DNA from: an uncultured Rickettsiales bacterium
GTDB taxonomy: Bacteria > Pseudomonadota > Alphaproteobacteria > Rickettsiales > SXRF01
Reading direction: 5' to 3'
Length of the DNA: 64,000 nucleotides
Assembly (NCBI GenBank): GCA_964405685.1
Contig: CAYOOP010000005.1
Location: 108,713 to 172,712 of the forward strand
In this document: positions 9,223 to 16,087 of the stretch, in pieces
Position numbering within the stretch: position 1 is the first letter of the stretch
How the letters are laid out: each line of letters opens with the position of its first letter
Notes under the pieces: generated by a model
What the model was told of the DNA's origin: nothing
Databases searched by the model: none
Seen by the model: only the letters and a program-made list of their open reading frames with translations
Made by a program: the position numbers and the translations under genes

Positions 9223-10004
9223 CTGTCTCTATCGCCACCTTCAACGTCAATTCCATCCGCGCGCGCCTGCCGAATGTGCTGGCGTGGCTGTGCGAGGCCA
9301 AGCCGGACATTGTGTTGTTGCAGGAACTCAAATGCGTAGATGAGCAATTCCCTGCGCTTGAAATTGAGGATTTGGGGTATAACTGCGCCATTTACGGCGA
9401 AAAAACCTATAACGGCGTGGCTATTCTCTCCAAATTCAAGTTGGAAGATGTTTCGCGCGGACTTCAAGGCGACGAGGCGGATACCCAGGCGCGGTATATT
9501 GAAGCACTGGTGCATACCCCTCTGGGTGTGATGCGTGTGGCCTCAGTCTATGTGCCCAATGGGCAGGAAGTAGGCAGCGATAAATTTGCTTATAAACTTA
9601 AATTTTTAGGCAGGTTATATGCAAAACTTAAAGCAATACTTGAATATGAAGAGATGGTGGTGATCGGTGGGGATTATAACGTCGCACCGGAGAATTTGGA
9701 TGTGTATGATTCTAGGCGTTTAAGTGAGACGGTATGCTTCCATTCCGAGGAGCGCAAGCGCTTGCGGAAAATACTCCACCTGGGGTATGCTGATGCCTTC
9801 CGGCAATTGCATCCGGATGATCCAGGTTTTTCCTGGTGGGATTATAGAGGTGGGGCATTTGAAGCCGGGCATGGCCTTCGCATCGACCATTTGCTGCTTT
9901 CGCCACAGGCGGCGGATCGCTTGACGGCGTGCGAAGTGCATACATCAGTCCGCGCGGCCGAAAAAGCCTCGGACCATGCGCCGGTGGTGGGGGTGTTTGG
10001 TTAA
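9219..10004 (+). CDS. xthA: Exodeoxyribonuclease III
   Basis: 261 aa with IATFNVNSIRARL, LQELK, GDYNVAP and SDHAPV motifs of the ExoIII/AP-endonuclease family. Confidence 0.85.
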   Translation: MTVSIATFNVNSIRARLPNVLAWLCEAKPDIVLLQELKCVDEQFPALEIEDLGYNCAIYGEKTYNGVAILSKFKLEDVSRGLQGDEADTQARYIEALVHTPLGVMRVASVYVPNGQEVGSDKFAYKLKFLGRLYAKLKAILEYEEMVVIGGDYNVAPENLDVYDSRRLSETVCFHSEERKRLRKILHLGYADAFRQLHPDDPGFSWWDYRGGAFEAGHGLRIDHLLLSPQAADRLTACEVHTSVRAAEKASDHAPVVGVFG

Positions 10005-10924
10005 TACGCGCGGACGTTTACGGCTTGTTGTGGGCCTGTTATGGTGCCACCACCTCTTAGTTTCGGGTCAGGCGTCCGATCCAGCGGTACTGTGGCAGAA
10101 CGCTGTGAGGCTTCAATCTGCTGCTCCCATGAAGTTTCGAGGGTTTCAAAGCGTTGCTGGCGTCGCAGCGATGCAAACACAGATTCAAATTCCTCCGCCG
10201 TCATAGCTATCACTTGACCCGTGGTGGCTTCATCTTTGACAAGTCCAGCAATCACATCCTGTTTTAGTCGTGCTTGTTGTTCAGGAGTAAGATCGGCGAG
10301 TGTGAACTCGGCGAATGCAGGCATGGTAGCTAATTCCGCGAGTTGTTGACGTCCTGTAACCTTAGGAGCGGTATGATTGTTAACCTGTATTTGCCAGTAC
10401 AGTAGGTCCGACAAGCTCTTTCTGTTGACTGCGGCATCCATTTCATTACGCCAGTGTTCCGTTAGTTCGGCATGGGTTGTCTCGTTTTTCCTTACTCTGG
10501 CTATAAGCATGTCGAATTCTGTTCCGTATGATCTCCGCCGTTCATCATCATTGGTAGGTGCAGCAAGCTGATCTCCTGCGTGTTTAGCCATAAAATTTCG
10601 GATGACGTCTGCTGTGGAATTATGGGTGCGATCTTCAATATACTGCGTTCTTAAAGTTGCAATTTCTTCGGGTGACAGGCTGGCAAGCATGACTTCTGCT
10701 TTTGCGGCAATTGTGGCGGAAAGACTGAGTAATTCCAAGTTATGTCCTGTAATACGATTGTGCGCTATTTCGCTTTTGTAATGACTAAGCTTCTTAAAGG
10801 CATCGAGCGGTGTTTGCGGATCAGCATCTTTCATCAGGCGATCGAATGAACCGGTGTCGTTTACGTCCATCCTGGCCTTGAGTGCTTGAAAGACCGGAAG
10901 TTCATTAAGGTCAATGTTAATCAT
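10001..10924 (-). CDS. Hypothetical protein P1 (307 aa), member of the tail-sharing family
   Basis: AAGGAG RBS. Two internal LA(S/D)L(S/T)PE(E/Q)...L(R/K) modules at aa 80-94 and 209-222. C-terminus is RTPDPKLRGGGTITGPQQAVNVRAY. Confidence 0.6.
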   Translation of the reverse strand: MINIDLNELPVFQALKARMDVNDTGSFDRLMKDADPQTPLDAFKKLSHYKSEIAHNRITGHNLELLSLSATIAAKAEVMLASLSPEEIATLRTQYIEDRTHNSTADVIRNFMAKHAGDQLAAPTNDDERRRSYGTEFDMLIARVRKNETTHAELTEHWRNEMDAAVNRKSLSDLLYWQIQVNNHTAPKVTGRQQLAELATMPAFAEFTLADLTPEQQARLKQDVIAGLVKDEATTGQVIAMTAEEFESVFASLRRQQRFETLETSWEQQIEASQRSATVPLDRTPDPKLRGGGTITGPQQAVNVRAY

Positions 10925-10993
10925 AAAGGACTCCTTCTGTTAGTTGTAGTTTGCCTTGCGTTTAACATTGCGTGGGAGGAGGCAGCAATGCAC

Positions 10994-11016
10994 GATTTAT
11001 GAATTTTTTGTGACAG
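10994..11016 (-). promoter_or_regulatory. Pho-box-like 7-4-7 direct repeat, copy 1
   Basis: Minus strand reads CTGTCAC-AAAA-AATTCAT-AAAT, 69 nt upstream of ATG 10924. Confidence 0.45.
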
Positions 11017-11020
11017 GGGC

Positions 11021-11063
11021 AAAGCCTCCGACCACGCGCCGGTGGTGGGGGCGCTGGGGTGAA
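11021..11063. repeat. Displaced copy of the xthA 3' terminus
   Basis: aaagcctccgaccacgcgccggtggtgggggcgctggggtgaa aligns to xthA 9963-10004 (aaagcctcggaccatgcgccggtggtgggggtgtttggttaa), stop codon included. Confidence 0.75.
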
Positions 11064-11098
11064 TATGTGTCGAATTCTGTTGAGAAAACTAGAAATTA

Positions 11099-11347
11099 AT
11101 GCCACAATCGGAGGCAGAGGTTTTGCTTATGCCTAGCATGAAAGAAATAACGGACGCGCTTGCTGTTCTGCCACTTGACGAACAAGAAAAGGTGCTGCAG
11201 GCGCTGCGCGCGGCTGACAGTGAGCGCACATTCTCGGAATTGGAAATAACAACGTTAAGAACAAGGGCGGCAACACCACCTGATGCTTATCAACCCTGGG
11301 AACGGGTGCGCGATAATATTTTGCTTGGGCTTATGTCCAAGCAATGA
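11099..11347 (+). CDS. Putative addiction-module antitoxin component
   Basis: 82 aa, or about 72 aa from MPSMKE at 11129. MKEITDALAVLPLDEQEKVLQAL resembles the small helical antitoxins that pair with ParE/RelE toxins. 4-bp ATGA overlap with the next ORF. Confidence 0.55.
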   Translation: MPQSEAEVLLMPSMKEITDALAVLPLDEQEKVLQALRAADSERTFSELEITTLRTRAATPPDAYQPWERVRDNILLGLMSKQ

Positions 11348-11667
11348 ATCCTCTTTCGCTCGTGGTCCATCCAGACGTAGCCTCAGACCTCAACTCTTTT
11401 ACAAAAAGCTATGAATACCTTGTACGCGGGCTGGGCACGCAGTTCGTGTTGGAGGTAGACTTTGTATTTGGGCGCATTGCTATTTTGCCGCGCTCATACC
11501 AGCTTTGTTTCGGCGAATTCCGGCGAGCGTTGCTGGATCGCTTTCCATTCGCGATAGGGTTTCGGGTGACAGACAAGGCGATTTATGTTGACGGAATCTT
11601 TCCAACCAAGGCCAGCCCTGACCGTATTGCAGATTTATTGAACGCACGCGCTGGTGGTGGTGTTTAG
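11344..11667 (+). CDS. ParE/RelE-family type II toxin
   Basis: 107 aa. RRALLDRFPFAIGFRVTDKAIYVDGIFPTKASP is a typical ParE/RelE C-terminal pattern. The last codons (ARAGGGV) lie inside a copy of the xthA 3' end. Confidence 0.6.
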   Translation: MNPLSLVVHPDVASDLNSFTKSYEYLVRGLGTQFVLEVDFVFGRIAILPRSYQLCFGEFRRALLDRFPFAIGFRVTDKAIYVDGIFPTKASPDRIADLLNARAGGGV

Positions 11668-11745
11668 CTAATACGCGCGGACATTTACGGCTTGTTGTGG
11701 GCCTGTTATGGTGCCACCACCGCTTAGTTCTGGGTCAGGCGTTTG
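11644..11745. repeat. ~100-bp repeat of the xthA-end / P1-end junction
   Basis: 11644-11745 aligns to 9975-10078 at roughly 90% identity by eye. It spans the xthA-like stop region and the last ~75 nt of the convergent gene. Confidence 0.8.
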
Positions 11746-12219
11746 CCTGGGGATTAGGACTAAAGATTTTGCCCATTTCTTACGTCTGTCGCTTAAAGAC
11801 ATTTGGCTGGTGTTGCGGATTTCATCGATGATAGGATCAACAAATATTTTACTAGAAGTTCTGTATCGATCTCTCGGACACAATGCAGGGTCAGATCCCT
11901 CAGGATCTGTGCGGTCCATCAAGTCCATGATCTCCTTTCGTTTCCAGCCCACTATTTGTTCCGTTAAGAATCCACGTAGAGGTTCCCATTGCTCATCTGT
12001 TAAGGACGCAAGTCGATGTTCTGCCTCCGCAGCCTTGCCGGATGAGATATATTCTCCGATAGGCGCAACCAAGGCGTCACGCTCCTGTTCGGTGCCAGAA
12101 AGAAGGGCCTTGTGTAACTGTCGAATAAGGTCTCTTGAGTGCACATACGTTAGCAAAACATCTAGGTTCTCTTCTGTCGACAATTGAGACGGCTCTGTTG
12201 GAGATGATATTTTGGACAT
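11668..12219 (-). CDS. Hypothetical protein P2 (183 aa), member of the tail-sharing family
   Basis: C-terminus QTPDPELSGGGTITGPQQAVNVRAY has its last 17 aa identical to P1. One LASLTDEQWEPLRGF module at aa 70-84. Confidence 0.6.
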   Translation of the reverse strand: MSKISSPTEPSQLSTEENLDVLLTYVHSRDLIRQLHKALLSGTEQERDALVAPIGEYISSGKAAEAEHRLASLTDEQWEPLRGFLTEQIVGWKRKEIMDLMDRTDPEGSDPALCPRDRYRTSSKIFVDPIIDEIRNTSQMSLSDRRKKWAKSLVLIPRQTPDPELSGGGTITGPQQAVNVRAY

Positions 12220-12293
12220 TGTTTAGGTCTTTCGCATTAAAAGTTTCAAGAGTCGGGAGATGGTACTGTGTCGCTTTATGCACAGCAATTAAC

Positions 12294-12316
12294 GATTTGT
12301 GAATTTTTTGTGACAG
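12294..12316 (-). promoter_or_regulatory. Pho-box-like 7-4-7 direct repeat, copy 2
   Basis: Minus strand reads CTGTCAC-AAAA-AATTCAC-AAAT, 74 nt upstream of ATG 12219, in the divergent intergenic region shared with the MarR gene. Confidence 0.45.
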
Positions 12317-12412
12317 TGGCTGTGGCCGTTGGTCTTGGTGGGGTGCAGCGTACATAAACCCTATCTTAACCACGATATGCTAGGATTAGCGGTGGATTAA
12401 CATGCCTGGAGA

Positions 12413-12880
12413 GTGGCTATGAAACAGCTTTATACCGAAACGATTTTGCTCATTGAGCGGCTGCACCGCCGGTTTTTAGATGTGGTTAATACTGAGCTGG
12501 AACGCCTGCGCATTGATGACATCAACAACGTGCAAACGCTGATTTTGTATAACATCAGCACGGAACAACTGACCATCGGTGAGTTGACCAACCGTGGTTA
12601 TTACCTTGGCTCCAACGTGTCGTATAACGTGAAGAAACTGGTGGAGAATAAATATCTGCTGCAGGAAAAAGCACCGCACGACAAGCGTTCGGTGCGGATT
12701 AAGCTCTCCGAAAAAGGCCTGAAGCTGTGCCAGCAGATTGATGCGCTGTATGAGCGCAATGTCGACGCGTTGAAAAACACTACGCCAACCGAAGCCGATA
12801 TTCAGCGGACTAACGATACGCTTTCGCGCTTGGAGCGGTTTTGGACCGATTATATTAATACGGCGTATAAGCTGAAATAA
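12413..12880 (+). CDS. MarR-family winged-helix transcriptional regulator
   Basis: 155 aa. LTIGELTNRGYYLGSNVSYNVKKLVENKYLLQEKAPHDKRSVRIKLSEKG has the MarR wHTH pattern. Start may be ATG 12419. Confidence 0.7.
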   Translation: MAMKQLYTETILLIERLHRRFLDVVNTELERLRIDDINNVQTLILYNISTEQLTIGELTNRGYYLGSNVSYNVKKLVENKYLLQEKAPHDKRSVRIKLSEKGLKLCQQIDALYERNVDALKNTTPTEADIQRTNDTLSRLERFWTDYINTAYKLK

Positions 12881-12884
12881 TTCA

Positions 12885-12972
12885 CGTCATTCCCGCGTAG
12901 GCGGGAATCTGTTCGCTTATAAAAATAGTGATTACTTTGCGAGTGGATCCCTGACCTCACGCGGGGATGACG
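12885..12972. repeat. MITE-like palindromic element, family A, copy 1
   Basis: CGTCATTCCCGCGTAGGCGGGAATC ... GCGGGGATGACG. Occupies the whole gap between the convergent MarR and thiD stop codons. Confidence 0.75.
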
Positions 12973-12973
12973 C

Positions 12974-13867
12974 TTATTTATGTTCCCACATATGCCACAG
13001 CGGGCCGGTGCCTTTGCCTAGTTTAGGCGCGTTTGTGATGGCGCCGGCGACGTAAGTGTGGGCGCGTTCCACCGCATTTTTTAAATCCATTCCGCTACCG
13101 ATAAATGTTGCGAGCGCCGAGGCCATGGTGCAGCCGGTGCCGTGGGTGTTTTTGGCCTTCAAGCGCGGTGCTTCAAAGACGGTGACGGTGGTGCCGTCAA
13201 AGAGGATGTTGAACACGTTCTTTCCCTCCAAATGCCCGCCTTTGACGAGCACGTTCCTGGGGCCAAGCTTGTGAATACGTTTTGCCGCTTCAATCATGTC
13301 TGCTTGCGAGATTATTTGCATTCCTGCCAGAATTTCTGCTTCAGGAATGTTGGGAGTAACTAAGTAAGCAAGAGGCAGGAGTTTGGTTTTAAGCGCAGCT
13401 ACCGCTTCTGTTTGCAGCAGTGCCGCACCACCTTTTGCGACCATGACGGGGTCGACCACCAACGGAATTGTTCCCCCCGCTTGCGGGGGGATACAGGGGG
13501 GAATACCCCCACCCACTGCGCTAACGCCTTTGGCGTAAGCTCCGTTACCCTCCCCCGCGAGCGGGGGAGGTTTACTAAGGGCAGATACCACTGCCTCAAT
13601 TGCCGCACTGGTCGAAAGCATTCCCGTTTTAATGGCATCCGCGCCGATATCGCTTAAGCACAATTTGATTTGCTGGGTGATGAACGTGGGTGGCACGTCG
13701 TGAATATCGAAGACGCCTTGTGTGTTTTGTGCGGTTAAGGCGGTGATCGCCGTCATCGCGTAACCGGCTAGGGCCGTTACGGTTTTGAGGTCGCCTTGAA
13801 TGCCGGCGCCGCCGCCGGAATCGGAACCGGCGATGATGAGAATGCGTGGGATCATACTAGTTGTCAT
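12974..13867 (-). CDS. thiD: Hydroxymethylpyrimidine/phosphomethylpyrimidine kinase with an in-frame repeat-derived insertion
   Basis: 297 aa with IAGSDSGGGAGIQGDLKT, VVDPVMVAKGG and THGTGCT ThiD motifs. An extra ~33 aa (PPPLAGEGNGAYAKGVSAVGGGIPPCIPPQAGG) is encoded by repeat D1. Confidence 0.85.
   Translation of the reverse strand: MTTSMIPRILIIAGSDSGGGAGIQGDLKTVTALAGYAMTAITALTAQNTQGVFDIHDVPPTFITQQIKLCLSDIGADAIKTGMLSTSAAIEAVVSALSKPPPLAGEGNGAYAKGVSAVGGGIPPCIPPQAGGTIPLVVDPVMVAKGGAALLQTEAVAALKTKLLPLAYLVTPNIPEAEILAGMQIISQADMIEAAKRIHKLGPRNVLVKGGHLEGKNVFNILFDGTTVTVFEAPRLKAKNTHGTGCTMASALATFIGSGMDLKNAVERAHTYVAGAITNAPKLGKGTGPLWHMWEHK
13470..13570. repeat. G/C-hairpin palindromic element, family D, copy 1 (inside thiD, in frame)
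   Basis: TTCCCCCCGCTTGCGGGGGGA and CCTCCCCCGCGAGCGGGGGAGG terminal hairpins. Its reverse complement matches 57886-58013 apart from a ~27-bp internal indel. Confidence 0.8.
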
Positions 13868-13926
13868 CCTGAGAGAGCGTAGCGACCGAAGGATCTAGAG
13901 ATTCTTCGCTTCGCTCAGAATGACAA
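13861..13926. repeat. MITE-like palindromic element, family C, copy 1
   Basis: ttgtcatcctgagagagcgtagcgaccgaaggatc ... gattcttcgcttcgctcagaatgacaa. Overlaps the annotated thiD ATG. Related copy at 63336-63403. Confidence 0.7.
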
Positions 13927-13941
13927 TAAAGAGAGACGGAT

Positions 13942-14433
13942 CTATTTGCAAATAGTGTAGGTCATATGGCCGAAGATGACTTCCACCTTATCGTGGCCAA
14001 AGGGCAGCAGGCATTGGCGGAATTTGACGTTGTTGCTTTTGCGGTCGGTGAATTCGCTGTTGACGATGAGGGGTTTGCGTTCGTGCATGATGTGTTTGTA
14101 GGTATCCATCAGCTTGGCAGCGGAGAGCGAGACGATTTGCGCCTCGGGGTGTTCGATGAGTTCTTCGCGATAGGCATCGATAATGCCGGGACCCAAATAA
14201 GTGTAGTTGAATTCCTTGTTTTCGAAATCGCGCACTTGGACAATGAAGCATTGGTGCCAGATGTTGTGCAGCGCGTTGTGATCGGGGTCGATGTCGTTTT
14301 CTACCGGCAGGCTGCGGTCATTGCGAATTTTATCCCAATAGTTGATGAGCTGCAGGGTGCAGCGGCGCTCGTCTTCCATATTGCGGGTGGTGCCGGTGCT
14401 GGTTGTGGTGACGGTTTGGAATGCAGGAGACAT
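13942..14433 (-). CDS. Small PAS-like (PAS_5/DUF1457-type) protein, paralog 1
   Basis: 163 aa. Shares a pattern with the next ORF: YW...R......P.E.DI.PD......W..CF.V.......F.YTYLG ... FRQCLLPFG. Confidence 0.45.
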   Translation of the reverse strand: MSPAFQTVTTTSTGTTRNMEDERRCTLQLINYWDKIRNDRSLPVENDIDPDHNALHNIWHQCFIVQVRDFENKEFNYTYLGPGIIDAYREELIEHPEAQIVSLSAAKLMDTYKHIMHERKPLIVNSEFTDRKSNNVKFRQCLLPFGHDKVEVIFGHMTYTICK

Positions 14434-14442
14434 GAACTAAGC

Positions 14443-14916
14443 CTAGATGATTTTATACCGTATGCCGCCCAAGATCGCTTCGACGCTGTCGCCGTTTCCG
14501 AGAGGGAGCAGGCATTGGCGGTAAAGCACCGTGCGGCCAAGCGCGTTGGTCAGGCCTCCCTCTTCGAGGACGGGCTTCTTGGTGTCAATGACTTTTTGAT
14601 AGCCTTTGCTGAGTTTCGAGGCGTTGAAATTCTCCAAACTATCGATGCCGCCGTTTTTGATGCCTTCGGCGTACATATAGGCAACGTTGGTGCCGAGATA
14701 GGTGTAATTGTAATCGGGTTGCAGGAGGTCTTGCGCGTGGACGAGGAAGCAATCGTCCCAGAGATCTTCGATGTCGTCGGGGTTGATGTCGGCTTCACAC
14801 GGCATCACCTTGTTGCCGCGCACACGTTCCCAATAGGCTACGAGCCTGAGCGTAATGCGGCGTTCTATTCCCGGTAGTGCAACCGCGTCTGGAGGTGGTA
14901 TTTCGTACATTTGCAT
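14443..14916 (-). CDS. Small PAS-like (PAS_5/DUF1457-type) protein, paralog 2
   Basis: 157 aa. Collinear similarity to 13942-14433 (YWERVRGNKVMPCEADINPDD...CFLV...YNYTYLG...YRQCLLPLG). Confidence 0.45.
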   Translation of the reverse strand: MQMYEIPPPDAVALPGIERRITLRLVAYWERVRGNKVMPCEADINPDDIEDLWDDCFLVHAQDLLQPDYNYTYLGTNVAYMYAEGIKNGGIDSLENFNASKLSKGYQKVIDTKKPVLEEGGLTNALGRTVLYRQCLLPLGNGDSVEAILGGIRYKII

Positions 14917-14969
14917 AGGTTTCTCCCTATCCTTGTTTCAAGCACCATTATAGCGCGAACTCGGTAAAT

Positions 14970-14986
14970 GCGGCGTTAAATGCCGC
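14970..14986 (-). terminator. Weak hairpin downstream of the small membrane-protein gene
   Basis: Minus strand reads GCGGC-ATTTAAC-GCCGC followed by ATTT. The stem is only 5 bp. Confidence 0.25.
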
Positions 14987-15008
14987 GGGCATTTATCTCA
15001 AATGCAAT

Positions 15009-15347
15009 CTATCTGTCGGCGTGGAAGTGGTGCAAAATACGGTGAAATATAGGGGCGAGGAATAGCCCGCCGCAGATGATGAGGAACAGCCCGCAGTAAA
15101 TTGCGTAGGCCGAGGCGAAGAGTTTTCCGGCCTCTGTGTGCAGCGGGTCAATCTCACCCATGCCGCCTAGGATCATCGAGGCATTCAGCAGCGCGTCGAT
15201 CCATGGCATGGATTCGGTGTAGTGATAGCCGCAGACTCCGACGATGAGGGAGATTGCAATCAGGATGAGCGTAAGCCCACCCCACGCCAACATGCGGTTG
15301 ATGAACGCAGCGTGTGAGATGATGGGTTTGGAGCGGTGTTCGAACAT
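15009..15347 (-). CDS. Small two-TM ion-channel-like membrane protein (112 aa)
   Basis: Track ORF 15009..15629 truncated to the internal MFEHRSKP. Two TM helices flank a pore-loop-like SMILGGMGEIDP. The upstream part of the track ORF runs through the mfd-tail remnant and into the 3' end of the same-strand parE-like gene in another frame. Confidence 0.4.
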   Translation of the reverse strand: MFEHRSKPIISHAAFINRMLAWGGLTLILIAISLIVGVCGYHYTESMPWIDALLNASMILGGMGEIDPLHTEAGKLFASAYAIYCGLFLIICGGLFLAPIFHRILHHFHADR

Positions 15348-15354
15348 GGGAGTT

Positions 15355-15450
15355 TTATACCATGGCTTTGATAAGTTGGCCAATAAACGGCTTAAGCTTC
15401 GGCACAATCTTCGTTTTATCCTCAAAATCCTCCATATAAACCAGCGATTG
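15355..15450 (-). repeat. Displaced copy of the mfd 3' end
   Basis: 15383-15450 matches mfd 16116-16183 with 1 mismatch in 68 bp. It continues in diverged form to its own stop (KPFIGQLIKAMV* versus KPFIGQLTAAVG* in mfd). Confidence 0.85.
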
Positions 15451-15456
15451 AGTGAT

Positions 15457-15771
15457 TTATCCCAAATGCAGCTGTGGTTCCATGCGCTCGTGGAGGATGT
15501 CGACGATGAGAATCTGGCCGTTTTGTTCGAAATAAAACACCACATGCTTTTCAACGGCAAGGCTGCGTAGGCCGAAGAATAACGCATCGCGAGGCTTGCC
15601 AAGTTGTGGAAACTCCCGCAAGCTTTCACAGGCGCTCATTAGAGTTTTAAGATAGATACGCCGTTGGTTTTCGCCGAAGTGATGCTCCGTATGTCTGCCG
15701 ATTTCAAGCAGACGGCCTTCCGCGCGTAGCGAATATTTCAACGCTAGAGACATGTTATTGTTCAGTGTCAA
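15457..15771 (-). CDS. parE: ParE-family type II toxin
   Basis: 104 aa, or 98 aa from MSLALKY at 15753. EIGRHTEHHFGENQRRIYLKTL ... HVVFYFEQNGQILIVDILHERM is typical of ParE. Confidence 0.7.
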   Translation of the reverse strand: MTLNNNMSLALKYSLRAEGRLLEIGRHTEHHFGENQRRIYLKTLMSACESLREFPQLGKPRDALFFGLRSLAVEKHVVFYFEQNGQILIVDILHERMEPQLHLG

Positions 15772-16018
15772 GACGCTTCATAACAGCTTCATAGGAGAGC
15801 GTCTTGACTTTACCCCGCATGACTTGTTCGACGCCTATTTCAAGCTCGCGCTTGAGCTCTGCAAGTTTTTGTTCGTATTGTTCAGAAGCAGCGTTTCCAT
15901 TGAGGCGGCGAATAGCTTCGCGCACAACCTCGCTGGCGTTGCCGTAAAGCCCGCTTTCTACCTTGCTGTGAATGATGTTTGCAAGTTCTTGGGTCAGAGA
16001 TATATTCATTGCAATCAT
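15755..16018 (-). CDS. parD: ParD-family (RHH/COG3609-like) antitoxin
   Basis: 87 aa. MNISLTQELANIIHSKVESGLYGNASEVVREAIRRL is the ParD N-terminal pattern. Lies immediately upstream of parE. Confidence 0.7.
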   Translation of the reverse strand: MIAMNISLTQELANIIHSKVESGLYGNASEVVREAIRRLNGNAASEQYEQKLAELKRELEIGVEQVMRGKVKTLSYEAVMKRLDTEQ

Positions 16019-16087
16019 GTGGCACCTCCATCTCGGGTGATGGTGCCATAAAACCCAAAAAATGTCAAACTTTGCGCAATAAATTGT

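Noticed and set aside
10001-10078. RiPP-precursor reading of the ...RGGG / TITGPQQAVNVRAY tail (double-glycine leader cleavage)
   Set aside because: The leaders would be 170-290 aa. No maturation enzyme, peptidase-domain ABC transporter or cyclase lies nearby. The tail identity extends past the stop codon into non-coding or xthA sequence, so it reflects a DNA duplication. It is kept only as a remote alternative within the tail finding.
13966-14877. 303-aa plus-strand ORF spanning both PAS-like genes. Similar long shadow ORFs occur at 1583-2356, 4660-5454, 16727-17470, 23300-24043, 33560-34072, 35670-36863, 44139-44903, 45444-46238, 48228-48716 and 61864-62529.
   Set aside because: Each lies antisense to, or out of frame within, a gene with clear conserved motifs. 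Their translations are low-complexity, rich in R, H, A and G, with no recognisable motif. This is typical of shadow ORFs in moderately GC-rich coding DNA.
15348-15629. N-terminal 94 aa of track ORF 15009-15629
   Set aside because: This part reads through the displaced mfd-tail copy and then the 3' end of the same-strand parE gene in a different frame. The hydrophobic channel-like protein begins at the internal MFEHRS (15347).
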